A stretch of 62,862 bases of DNA, filler included, from Globobulimina sp. (GCA_003354225.1; 34 parts of 34 records of this genome joined end to end with filler, not necessarily neighbours in it), one strand, 5' to 3'. Counted from the whole stretch's first letter, positions 37,608 through 50,086 are shown. The notes: generated from the letters alone by a model not told the origin. Numbers and translations are program-made.

Positions 37608-38799
37608 TTGCACTTTGAGCATGATTTACTTCAAAGTAACTCAAAAACTTACTTGACTGTTGATAATGTCACACCTGTTACATGTACAGGCACAGACTCG
37701 TCGCTTGCGAGTTGCAAGTCGGAGAATGACAGTCCATACGTCCCCACTGACCAATCCCCAGTGCTGTCCACCCACCATTCGTTTACTTCAGCCAATGTGG
37801 ATCGTTATGCTGGCTCCCATGCCATTGAAGACCATGCGGCCATGAAATTAATATTATTGGCTGAAGAAGCCGAGAAAAATAATGATATCGAACTCGCCGC
37901 ATTGCACTACGAAAATGCAATTAAACAGTTTAATAATACCATTCATGAGATTCTTAACAATAAAATCAAACGGAAATGGCGAGAGAAAGTGAATGATTAT
38001 GAAATCCAAAAATTGCGCATCAATCGGAAATTGCGATTGCGTAAAAAAATTGCAAAAGAAACCAGATTAAAGCCAGGCACCCGAATGAGCCGCAGGGCGA
38101 ATACGATGCAGCCAATGAAGCGGAAACAGAGGAAATCGTCTGGCGATTATACGGCTGATATGAAGTCTGAATCGGATAAAGCCAAAGGCAATTCTGGTGA
38201 TAATGGCGACGGCGATGAGAGCAATTCGAGTAAAAAAAATAAAAAAGCCAAGGATCAGGACAGTGCATTTCGGTCCCGCTTGGAAGCTGATATTATTTCC
38301 GAAAAACCAAATGTTTCGTTTAAGGATGTCATGGGTTTAGCCAATGTTAAGTTAGCCATTTATGAAACTGTGGTTTTGCCACAAAAGCGACCCGAATTAT
38401 TCACTGGACTGCGTGCTCCTGCCATGGGTTAAGTAAAAATGAAAAACTTTGATGATTTTTTGAGTGTGGCTTTACTTTGAAAATGACGGGTTTTTTTACA
38501 TTTTCAAAGGTCTGTTGTTATTTGGGCCGCCGGGAAACGGAAAGACCATGATTGCAAAATGTGTAGCAACGGAGATTGATTCCACATTTTTTAGCATCTC
38601 TGCGTCCTCCATCACGAGTAAATATGTGGGTGATGCGGAGCGAATAATGCGTACATTGTTTGGTTTGGCGCGAGAGAAGGCACCGAGTATAATATTTATT
38701 GATGAGATTGATTCATTATTAACTGCCCGCGGCGGTAAAAATGAAGCACAGAGCAGTCGGAGACTAAAAACGGAGTTTCTGGTGCAATTTGATGGTGTA
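37608..38799 (+). CDS. SPAST: Spastin (MIT domain plus AAA ATPase), intron 38428-38509, partial
   Basis: MIT-like helices; [60 protein letters not shown]; further exons likely upstream. Confidence 0.88.
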
Positions 38800-38899
38800 N
38801 NNNNNNNNNNNNNNNNNNNNNNNNNNNNNNNNNNNNNNNNNNNTTAATTAATTAANNNNNNNNNNNNNNNNNNNNNNNNNNNNNNNNNNNNNNNNNNNN

Positions 38900-40194
38900 T
38901 CATTTTTATTTTCCTTCTGTTCCTTGGATATCGCCATCGTTTTCATTAAATGTCCTATTTTATTTTTCATTATGTACTAAAGTGTTTGCCACAGAAATAT
39001 GAATTTGATGATCAAACCTATATCTTCCATATCTGCCAATCCATGCTCGTTAACATCATCATCGATATCGCTAATTTGAGTTGCACCATTCTTAAATTTC
39101 AGAGCTTTTTTGTTTTTTGGATATTTGTTGTCAATCAATGCTTTGCTAATATGTGGCAATAATTCGCTGCTCCATTCATTAAAAGCAGCCGTAACATCAC
39201 CGGAAGCATCGCCTAAACCCAATGCAAGCAATGGCAGAGCGCCTAATAACAACAAATTGTTATATAATGTTTTTGCCACAGTATTGTAATATTGCTCATA
39301 TACAGAATTACCAAAACCAAACACAGAGATTCGTACATTGCTCAAAAAAGCATCATGTATGCGACAATCAGAAGGTGCCTCACCTATCCATTTCATAAAA
39401 TATTCTGCATCATTGGGAGCACAGCCATTTGCATACGTGGATACTAGGAAAATTACAATACTTTCTTTCTCCAAATCTTCTGCATCAAACTCGCGCATAT
39501 TTTTAATTACAATGCGTCTGTTTGCATGGTTTAATCTCAATTTACTGTCAAGATTATTAGCAAACTGCTTGGCTGTGCCGGTCTGTGTGCCGTATAATAA
39601 TAAAATATCTTTACGCTCCCACTCAGTATTAATATTAACATTGTTATTGTCTGCCGGTACGCTCATATTTGCAAATTTAGTTTGTTTTTGCTTATTTGAT
39701 GCGTTTTGGTTTGAAGGTGGATACTTTTGAGGCTTCTAATCATTCATAAAATAAATAAAGAATTTTCGTTTTTGAAAAAACGTATTGAACCAAACTTTTT
39801 GAACATTATTTTGTGGATTTAGTGAGGTCGGCAATGCTAAAGCTTGTTTTTTTGTTTTTGACACTCTTAATTTGCCGATTAGGTAACTTTTGGATTTAAT
39901 CCTTGCGCTCTCCGAATGAATAGCTGCCTCAAATTCTTGCGTTGCGTCCTCGCCGGCGACTTCCAATAAAAAGCCACCACCGCCAGGGTGTAATGGTAAA
40001 AACGGCGTGACATCATACACCAAACCGTTTAACACAATCCATACCCCATTTGCTTTGCTATTATGTTTCGCTACATCTGGCATTGTGTATTGTGGCAAGG
40101 AATCTATATCAATTTCGGGATTTGTGTTTCCATTTTTTGCTGTCTTGTCATTTTGCTTCTGTGATGCTTCTGATGTACTGTTGTTGTTTCCCAT
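38900..40194 (-). CDS. Cytochrome b5-flavodoxin fusion, probably TYW1-like N-terminal half, intron 39736-39795, 3' partial
   Basis: VYDVTPFLPLHPGG...FEAAIHS; LYGTQTGTAK, LVSTYANG, VFGFGNSVY; phase-0 intron joins NVQK|KPQKYP in frame; DMEDIG linker. Confidence 0.8.
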
Positions 40195-40750
40195 GGTTTT
40201 ATATAACGTTTTTGATGGAGTTTTGCACGGTGAAAATAATGAACATTTTTCAAGGGTCATGTGCCTGTCGTAAACAGGCACGATCTCTTTGTCTTTACCT
40301 TTCAGGCATACAAAATCCCATTGATAATATACTAAAATCATTGTGTAATAAACACCTGATTGTTGGAACAGATCGTAATGAATCTAATTTTCAAAGGTGA
40401 AGCCTGCAAATTAATGTCTTACATTATTATGAAAGCAATACAAGAATGTAAATAATTGTTATGGCTATGATATTAAACAGTTTTTAAATTATGTGGTGAT
40501 GGAATATAAAGATGTTGTTACAAAGGAATTGAATGTATCTGTTTGTAAATACCACGGGCGAGATTCCCCAGAACAACAGCCTGCGACAAAAAAGAGAAAG
40601 TATTAATGTAAACTTTGTTAAAATCATAATTTAATCTTTTTTTTATGAAANNNNNNNNNNNNNNNNNNNNNNNNNNNNNNNNNNNNNNNNNNNNTTAATT
40701 AATTAANNNNNNNNNNNNNNNNNNNNNNNNNNNNNNNNNNNNNNNNNNNN

Positions 40751-42501
40751 GTATAGCGAAATACTTACAACGTGGCCAAGATGCGACTCGTTCAATTGCA
40801 CAAAGACGTGAATCCTTACAAGAAATACGATCGATAATCTTACATCGGGACAATCGATATTATATAAAAGCATCATATTCGATTTTAGCGCAACAAATAC
40901 AACATTTATTGCAAGATAACTCGAATGAAATTGGCAACACTGCAGCCTTATTATTAGGCGCATTGGGCTCCATTTTGGATGTCACGGTCCAAGGCTTTTA
41001 TTCTTATATTTTCCAGGAACTATTAAAACGACAATCGCATCCCGACCATTTAAAGCAATTTCGACATTTAGTATTGTCGCTGGCGGAGGTATTTATTGTG
41101 TCATTTCATTTATATCCTTGCACTCATTGATTATTAAGGAATATATATAAACAAAACAGTGCATCACTTGTGGCGATCCCGCCTATCACAGTCCGTGTAT
41201 TCCCAATGTATCCATGCAATTAAGCTCTTACTTTCAGAATCTAAAAGTAATTGAATTTGTAGGCTCTGCCACCTATCCAATATTTGCCATTGCAAAGAAA
41301 TATGCATTGCTATTCTATCAGCAATTAAATGGTATCGCTTTGAACCGATTATATGACTTTTTGTTAACAAACGCGTGGCAAAAAGAAAAGACTCAGATTG
41401 CTGAAAAGATTATAACTTATTTTGAGATCCAATCGCAAGCAATGGGCAACTTTCCAAATGAGTCCTTTTCTATGTTAAATTTGCTGATAAATGTCTTGAA
41501 TAAATCCATCAAATATTTTATTAAAATGGTAAATAATATAAAAGTAAATGCAAATAATAGCCATTCAATTCAGTTACAATTAACATTAAAATCATTCTAT
41601 CATTCCATGCATAGTTACAATAATAATGAAAGCAAACAAGATAACGAGAAAAAGCATGCTTATGAAGAGGATGGAAATGCGTTATTATTGGTAGATTTTT
41701 TAAATATCAATTTTGTGAGTGTGCTTTTAATGAATTTGGAGTGTATCAAATGTTGCATTGTGACATTACCAGATATCGGCTCCAATGAGTTGCAATTATT
41801 TCAATTACTATTCCAATGTTTATCTATTATTCCAATCGAATGCTGTTTAATTGGCAAAGGCGACAAATTAATCCGTAAAATATATTCAGTGATTCGCGAA
41901 TTTACAGAGAGGTTTTTAAGCTTTCCATCGGTGCATAAATTTAAATCTTTGTTATCAAATAATACGAATTTGCATAATAATGAAACGATATGGTTTAATG
42001 ACGGCATATTAATCATAAATAATTATATTCGATTGATATTTGATTATCATTTAAGTAATAAAATCTTATTCAAATATAATAACAACGAATGTTTACGTAT
42101 GTTCTTGAAAACCATTGAAATCTTTATCAAAAATTTTGGCAGTTATTGGTTGACCATAATTCACGATGTGCTGCATTTGCAAAATATATACAATTTAATT
42201 TTAAATTGCAAGTCTTCGGTCACCATGTTTTTTTTAGAGATTTTAGGTTTAAAACTCATTCAAAATAAGCAAATTACCATCGGTATTACCACCATCTCCG
42301 TCATATCCTCACATATTCACTATTTATTATCAGAAGTGACGCAATTATCTGACCGAGAGACCCATGGTCGATTATTCCGTATTGGATTACATCGATTAAC
42401 TAACAAACAGCGCCAAATCATATTATCGTTTTTTATTCAAAGTTATGCGTTTATGGAAGCGTCGGATGCCAAGGACGATAATAGCAACAACAACATTTTA
42501 T
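40751..42501 (+). CDS. Large helical hypothetical protein, internal fragment with a probable intron
   Basis: ORFs 40909-41130 and 41214-42501 on the same strand; Leu/Ile-rich. Confidence 0.5.
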
Positions 42502-42783
42502 NNNNNNNNNNNNNNNNNNNNNNNNNNNNNNNNNNNNNNNNNNNNTTAATTAATTAANNNNNNNNNNNNNNNNNNNNNNNNNNNNNNNNNNNNNNNNNNN
42601 NGCCAGCGGCATCATTGCCGGGTCGCCAACTGCCCAGGCCGGTTGTTCCCCTGGAACGGTTTGCGCAGGCCGGGCCGGGACCGGTGGTTGCGAAGTCCTG
42701 ACCGGGGCCGCTGCTTGCTGTACTGTCGCTTGCTGCGCCGCTGGCTGCTGCGCCTGGGCCACGACCTGCGGTACAACATCCGG

Positions 42784-42999
42784 CGCGTTTGCTACACCTC
42801 CGGCTGACACAGTGTTGATATCTTGTGTTCTGTTATCAGAGGCCCTCTTCACTTGATACAATGCACCGTTGAACGCGGAGAAAAGTGCTCGTACGGTGCT
42901 ATGTGCTGCCACGCACCGATTACCATCTGATGCGAAAATATCACATGGCCCAGCGATACTATTCCCAATCAATAATATAGTAATTGCTATTATAGACAT
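42784..42999 (-). CDS. abfB: GH54 alpha-L-arabinofuranosidase B N-terminus, truncated by a GC-rich segment
   Basis: Signal peptide then GPCDIFASDGNRCVAAHSTVRALFSAFNGALYQVKRASD...AGGVANA. Confidence 0.85.
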
Positions 43000-43215
43000 C
43001 ACTGTTGTTTGGTTTATATATTGTCATATTTTTATATATTTGGTTAACAGTTCAAATGATTGGATACATACTTTCTTCAAAATATATTAAGAGGATAATT
43101 TAAACGTATTCCGTATTAAAAAACTGTAGAGTTACTCTGTTATCTTTTCTTAAAAACGTTATCTTTCTGTCAAGCTAGAATACTAAAATAAGTAATTTCA
43201 ACGCTAGAAACATTA

Positions 43216-44169
43216 ATGGTCAGAAACACAACAGAAAGTACACAACTTTTGAGCACCATAGCTTTCATAGGTGTGGTGTGCGTGGTATCGTTGTCACTTA
43301 GCATACATTTAGTGTATAAATTATGCGTCAAAGACTCGTCTTCATGGATAAGTAATACATATAAAAATCTGACAATTATTGTGATTATATCGCATACATT
43401 CTGTAGTATTTTTGATTTAGTTCATGTTGTCTTAAAATATACAAATTTTCCAGACAGGACATATGCAGATGACAAAGAAAAAATATTTTCAGCAACAGTT
43501 TCTGGCTTATATTTTTTTAGCAATATCACATTTTATATATTAATATTATTGCGAATTTCTGTCCCATTCCGATTAAGCAAATGCATATTTTATGGTGTTT
43601 TATTTTTAATATTAATCTTTGCTGCGATGTCTGTGATTTATTGCATTTCATTGTTTTTAATCATGAATTTGAGTTTGAATGGAATTGACGCAACATATAC
43701 AAAAGCGATTATATTGACATTATCTGCAACTGATTTGATTTTAAACATATTTATATTCCTAATATTTATATCCAAAATGAAAAATACCATTCGAAATATT
43801 GATACATCGCTGTCTGAACAAGCTGAGAAAAACGTAAACATCATCACAAATGTCATAATTCGGCATTCTTTATTGTTCGGAGTTGCAATCTTTGTGAACC
43901 AAACATTCTTTTTGTCGCGATTAATATATACATTTCAGATATTTTCTGGTCAATATAGTGTTTTAATGATTTATTGCATCCCATACTCGTTTCGTGCATT
44001 ACAAACTGTAATAATTGCATTGGTTTTATGGTTAATTTTGCGGGTTAATTACAATAAATATATTTGCTGCTGCAAAGTGTGTCATTTGTGTGTTGGACAT
44101 TGTTGTTTGAAGAATGGATCTGCGAAATTACCGATTGATAATCCATATCAACCATTAATTAATACGTGA
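43216..44169 (+). CDS. 7TM GPCR-like protein
   Basis: About seven hydrophobic helices; Cys-rich tail YICCCKVCHLC. Confidence 0.7.
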   Translation: MVRNTTESTQLLSTIAFIGVVCVVSLSLSIHLVYKLCVKDSSSWISNTYKNLTIIVIISHTFCSIFDLVHVVLKYTNFPDRTYADDKEKIFSATVSGLYFFSNITFYILILLRISVPFRLSKCIFYGVLFLILIFAAMSVIYCISLFLIMNLSLNGIDATYTKAIILTLSATDLILNIFIFLIFISKMKNTIRNIDTSLSEQAEKNVNIITNVIIRHSLLFGVAIFVNQTFFLSRLIYTFQIFSGQYSVLMIYCIPYSFRALQTVIIALVLWLILRVNYNKYICCCKVCHLCVGHCCLKNGSAKLPIDNPYQPLINT

Positions 44170-44452
44170 ATTTTGTCGATGACTCTTTTTTTTGTAACTG
44201 ACGATTTGTGTATGTCTCGTTGTGTATGTCTGTACTTTGTCTTTGTTCGTAATTATTACGTGTTTTATTAAATCATTTTTCATACAAATAAAAGATTAGA
44301 TGAGTTGGAAAATGCTCTGACGCTGAAACAAAAAAATGGGACCATACCAAAGNNNNNNNNNNNNNNNNNNNNNNNNNNNNNNNNNNNNNNNNNNNNTTAA
44401 TTAATTAANNNNNNNNNNNNNNNNNNNNNNNNNNNNNNNNNNNNNNNNNNNN

Positions 44453-44952
44453 CATTGTTTTTGCGGGCGGATGAGCTGAGTGCTCGGCCTGCGGCCATTG
44501 ATGCGGGCGGGAGGACGTTGGGGCAGTTATTGGAGAGCGTGGAGATGTTACGGGTGAATTATTCGTGGGTGAATGGGACAGAGATTGACAAGTTGGAGAA
44601 TATGACGCGGAAAGCGGAGGGTTGGCTGAATGAGAATGTCGAGGGCCAGGACGAGAAGAGCTTGTTGGAGACGCCGCTGTTTTTCTCGTATGAGGTGTAC
44701 TATAAAATTGAGCCGATTGTGGAGTATGCTAAGAAGTTGTTGGCGAGGCCAAAGCCGTATGGTTGGGACAGGAAGGAAAAGAAAGGGAAGAATGGCACGA
44801 ATGATACTGATTCGGTGGAGGGTGCGGAGGAGGAACTTACTGCGAAGATTGAGGTGGATGTGGACGGAGATGGTGGTGAGGCGGAGGAGGGTGCAGATGA
44901 TGGGGAGGAGGGGAATGATGAGGATGGGGATAAAGAGAAAGAAGACTTGTGA
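44453..44952 (+). CDS. ER Hsp70-family chaperone (Grp170/HYOU1-like) C-terminus
   Basis: FLRADELSARP, WLNENVEGQ...LLETP, KLLARPKP, acidic tail, terminal KEDL. Confidence 0.75.
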
Positions 44953-45126
44953 TTTAGTTGACTTTTTTTTTGATTTTATTTAGCATTGACATTGATTTTG
45001 AATGACACGTTGATTGAATATTGAGGACAATTTATTATTAATCTTTAATAGTTGTTCTGTTCACCTTTTTTTTTTAATTTATTTGAGCTCGCAAACAGTT
45101 TTCAAGAAGTTATTAAAAACGTTCAC

Positions 45127-46203
45127 TTAGAAAATACGAGAAAACAATGCGTTCCAAATTTGCTCTTTAAATATAACAGCGCAGATCACGAGCAATATGA
45201 GAATATGGATATTATTTTTCAACACTGTTTCCATCCAACTGAACCTAGTTTGTTTTTTTTCATTGTACGCAACATAACAACTGGTACATACTCTGATTTG
45301 TTCTGAAATAACCATAGATTTCGGATCCGAGATTTTAAAATCTGAACATTTGCCGCAAACCAATTTCCCGCATTTTGTATTATAACAATGATGTCTCCGG
45401 TTAGTGATTGAAAACATATCCTCGCATTGCATACAAATATCGCTAAAGTCATCAGGCATCAAACAAACACTTTGAATCAATTCACATTCACCTTTATTAA
45501 TGCGGATGTTTTTATTTTTATTTAGTTTGGCCTTCAATGCATTATTTGTTTTATTCATCCATTCAATTTTATACTTTTTACATTTAAACGAGATCCAAAT
45601 CGATGCATTTGATGATAATATTTTAATACAATGCAATTCTTTATATATTTGGCCAATATCATCCATCTCAAAAACACGGTTAAATGGTAAAAAATTATCA
45701 AATATAAACTTACAATTCTTCATCAACGATGTTTTTGAATGGCCATAAATCAATCCATCATTAAATAGAACCATATAAATATTGACTTTATGACCAAATT
45801 TATCATGTTTTGTAATCAAAGCATGTTCAGTTTGCGCGCCGTCATTATCCATAATAAAATATCTGGAGGGAATAATAATTTCTATTTTTAAGGATGTCGC
45901 ATCAAATCTATTTTTAATTTGTTTCACTTTCTCCCTTTGTTCATGTTCTTTCATTCTATGATTTATTGTTCCATTAATACACGAAATTTGCTTTAATGCC
46001 GCTTTCAAATCATTTAACTCATTCTTGTGTTTTCTATTTAATTTTTGTGTTCTTTTTATCAATTCTTTTAGTAATAATTCGTAGCGTGGTATGCGTTGAA
46101 TTGGTAATATCAATAAAGAGGATAATGTCTGATTATTCATTTTTGATTGTTGCTTTGTGCACCATTTTGCAAACTGTTTATTTTGAACTTTATTTTAACA
46201 TTA
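45127..46203 (-). CDS. RhoGEF (DH)-PH-FYVE protein (FGD-like), 5' partial, hydrophobic tail
   Basis: LSSLLILPIQRIPRYELLLKEL; PH-like YMVLFNDGLIY...EWM; FYVE CMQC...RRHHC...CGKLVCGKCS...RVCTSCY. Confidence 0.88.
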
Positions 46204-46303
46204 NNNNNNNNNNNNNNNNNNNNNNNNNNNNNNNNNNNNNNNNNNNNTTAATTAATTAANNNNNNNNNNNNNNNNNNNNNNNNNNNNNNNNNNNNNNNNN
46301 NNN

Positions 46304-48054
46304 CATAGTCAAATCTGGAGCCTTTCTTCGAGATCTCGACCAATACGCCAGATTGCGTAATGTTTGAGCATTCAAATTGGAGAGACGGTAATGCAGCCAC
46401 TATTTATTAATATTTTAGCTGCACAGAATCAAAACTTTTCGTTTTATGCATACAAATAGACGGAGGTTTTATATGTAAATAACCGTAATACAATACCTTA
46501 ATATCAACAAAAAATAAAGATTCTATCTGTTGCTGTAAATCAGTCGCAAACTGTTTTTTATTTCTAAATTCAACATTTATTAAAAAATCGTTATGGGTCA
46601 ATACATCTTCCACATAAAATGTATTATAATTATCATCGACATCCAATGTGTAAACTTCTATGCCATCATTAACGCGATCACATATTGTATAATCTGTCAC
46701 TGTTATTTTTGTGTTGTCCGCACTAAATAATTCATCACCGATTTCCAACCGTTTGTGAGCAGCATATGGTTTAATACCTGCCCATCCTTTATTTTTTACA
46801 TAAAATGGATGTTGGAGGGTACATTGGATCAATTTGCCATTTGATAATAATATTTCAACGTATTCATAAACGATAAATGTATACAATTTTCTTACTGCAC
46901 AAACTATTTTATTTTCATCACACAATATCAGGTCGTTTCTTTTAATATTTTTTATTTTTTTATATGAACCGTCGCTGACTGATACTAAACATTCTGATAG
47001 GAAACAACCATTACGTCTGGAATTTGTTTGCTTTGCTTCAAGGTGAAAACCAAATATTTTCGCCAAATGTGATACATCTTCATCATATTTTTCAGCTCTT
47101 TTCGAAATGCTGCTCAATTCTTTTACTTTTTGCATTTTTTTAAAGTTTTCTTCATCAAACTGCTCTCCGTCTTTTTCGTCATTCTTCTGTTCATCGCCTT
47201 TTTCCTCTTCTTTCTAAGTTAAATATGGCAAAAATATGTATATAATGATTATTGCGAATTACATACCAATAAAAAGTCACTAAAACTAAAAAATAACACA
47301 TCATCAGATTGTATACTGTATGATGCCAATGATCTGTGAGCTGACAATATCTCGTTGTCTTTGCTTATTGTTAAAACTTCACGGTTAGTTTTATCAGTAA
47401 TAATTTTTAATATTGACTCAATTTTATCCATTGTATGTAATGCAATCGGTAACTCTTTCAATTTAATAATATTTTCATCCAAAATCAATTTCGGTTTCAT
47501 AATGATATTAATTCTATCATTTTCGTCATAAACTATTAATTCTAAAATTGACGAATTATTAATATTATAATCTTCTAATTGATAATCATTGATCAGCGCA
47601 TTCCCTTTAAATGAAAGGAACATCATTGACGTATCATATGTAATATTTTCGTATATTGTCGATAATACGACCTTCAACTCATAAATGTTTTTATTCGCTA
47701 AAATATCAATTTGTTTAATTCCATGAACAGAATTATTTGCAAATATTCTGATTAATTTTGGGAGGACATCGTTATTATTCATTTTCACATCATCCTCAAT
47801 ATTATCGCTATCATCCATCTATTAGGACATTATAATTATTATAGGAATTTGACAGATGATGGCGAAGAGTCAATATTAATATTACTAAACTTTCATATCA
47901 GGATTAGGGACATTCTGTAAATTGTAAAAAGATACTTGTTGTATTTCAGGGAGCTCGTTGTCATATTGTTTCGCTAACATTGAGACATATTCATCATTTA
48001 TTTCAAAATCAATATCATCGTCACCGTCATTTTTCGCTTCAATCGACGGTTTGT
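46304..48054 (-). CDS. Protein with two ubiquitin-like domains and a Hint domain; introns 47819-47890, 47214-47266 and probably one near 46400-46496; partial at both ends
   Basis: Ubl motifs FLSFKGNALINDYQLEDYNINNSSILELI and LSAHRSLASYSIQSDDVLFF; Hint 47006-46590 with G|CFLSECLV, TLQHPFYV, VYTLDV, FYVEDVLTHN; phase-0 introns keep the frame. Confidence 0.85.
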
Positions 48055-48172
48055 NNNNNNNNNNNNNNNNNNNNNNNNNNNNNNNNNNNNNNNNNNNNTT
48101 AATTAATTAANNNNNNNNNNNNNNNNNNNNNNNNNNNNNNNNNNNNNNNNNNNNACATCTATCGGAACTAAT

Positions 48173-49470
48173 CTAAATACCATGTGATTTCAGAGTATAT
48201 TGTTTGAGTGAACTGCTCCATTTTATTACACTTTCTTCTTTTTCAAAGAGTGCTTTCTCTGTTTTCAACTGCTTTCTATATTTTTCCCTACTTTTCTGTA
48301 ATTTTGAACAATACATTTTATGTGTACTCCAATCACATTTTTGACAATGTTTGTTGCAATATCTTGCAGTTCGACATGCTTTGCATTTATACAATTTTCC
48401 ATTACAAATATCTTTTCTTCTGACATTACATAATTGATATTGACACTGCACATCATTCCTCTTCAAATCATACACTTCTTTACCAAATAAAACATATTTC
48501 TCATGCAATAATTCCACATTCTTTGCTTTTTCCAATGAAATAAATGCTGCGGCAACTTGAAAAACCTCCAAATTAAAATTATTATATGAAATACTATTTT
48601 GTGTATTTTTTATATTCGCAAACCAATCACAAACCGACATTTACATTCCATAATAGCAAACCAGTGATATTCATTAATGTAATATAAACCAAACGCAATT
48701 AATATGAAAAAACAATACATACATTCAACTCCAAATGGATAATTTACAAATAAACCATATTCTAATTGTTTTTATACGAAATGTAGCCATTCACAAAAAT
48801 ATCGTGCATAAAATACAATGCTTTGCCAATGATATTTCTTCAAAAATTTAATATTTCTGATTAACTGCAATAAAACAGTCATATTGGTACGATAACATAT
48901 ATTTGTTGCAATATTTGCTACGCGTGAATCGAATTTATTTTTCAATCTCGATCGTTTCTCTGTTTCTAATTTACATCGACGGCTTATGTCCAGTATGAGC
49001 ACGTTCTGATACATCAACAATGTTTTCCATAAACCACTATGATTAAATATGAAATTTGCTGTTTGTGGATATTGCAAACAAACTATAAAATAAACGCACG
49101 CTCTTTGTATATCATCATCATCATGTTTTTGGATTGTTTTTTTGCCGATTTTCAATGAAAATGGAATATAAAATAAATCTTTAATATTTGTAGCAATATA
49201 CAAACTGCATTGTTTGCAACATCCCACTCCAATTAATGCATGAATTTGGTGATTAATTCTATCATCTGAAATGTCGTCGATATCCCCTTTTTTGCTGTTG
49301 AATAAATTTTGAATTTTGTGAAAAAAATTGCTTACTGATCCAAATTTATGATGTGCACATATTTTGTCCATATAGAGCATTCTTGATCGTTCCAATTGAT
49401 ATCCATCGCCGAAAAAAAGTCTCGTAATATCGCATACAGAGTTTGCAATGCCATTGCTTTCACGAAACAT
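48173..49470 (-). CDS. MYND zinc-finger protein, spliced
   Basis: CQYQLC...LYKCKACRTARYCNKHCQKCDWSTHKMYC; upstream ORF on the same strand. Confidence 0.8.
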
Positions 49471-49716
49471 CAACTAGGCAATATGAACGAAGGATGGTGC
49501 AATGAATTGAAAGTTTTTTTGTAAAAATAATAGCTCGGACTTTCTGTAATTTATTGTTCAATGTATTATGTATATTGTGATCACAATACGATGCAGCTGC
49601 ATTAATTAATGATAAGACGACGCAAAATCGGGCTAAGTTACTTCATGCAAAATAACCAATCAATTGATTTCGTACTAAATTAATACCGCAAGCAAACTAA
49701 CAAATTTTCAACGTAC

Positions 49717-49905
49717 ATGATGGATTTGCTTTTATTGCAGCTATTTTGTTTGAATATCATTAATTCGACATTTATTCCTTCACAAAATGTGAAAGCAGTT
49801 CCAGGCAAAACATTTTTTGTTCATTCAGCCCTCAAACTTGTACAAATTGCAGGAAAAGGAGAAGGTTTAATTGTTACAAAGAATGTATCATTCGGTGAAG
49901 GATTG
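49717..49905 (+). CDS. Possible SET-domain protein N-terminus, partial
   Basis: LKLVQIAGKGEGLIVTKNVSFGE matches the SET N-terminal GxG motif. Confidence 0.5.
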
Positions 49906-50005
49906 NNNNNNNNNNNNNNNNNNNNNNNNNNNNNNNNNNNNNNNNNNNNTTAATTAATTAANNNNNNNNNNNNNNNNNNNNNNNNNNNNNNNNNNNNNNN
50001 NNNNN

Positions 50006-50086
<81 letters not shown>
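50006..50086. repeat. (AGAC)n microsatellite, about 20 units, probably intronic
   Basis: Perfect tetranucleotide run downstream of a GTAAGG donor at 50137 on the minus strand. Confidence 0.95.

Noticed and set aside
44453-44952. G-rich segment as bacterial contamination
   Set aside because: It encodes a eukaryotic ER chaperone tail ending KEDL and runs into an AT-rich 3' UTR
46590-47006. Canonical mobile intein
   Set aside because: The +1 residue is Asp, there is no endonuclease, and it is not inserted in a recognisable conserved host protein; a BIL/Hint domain fits better
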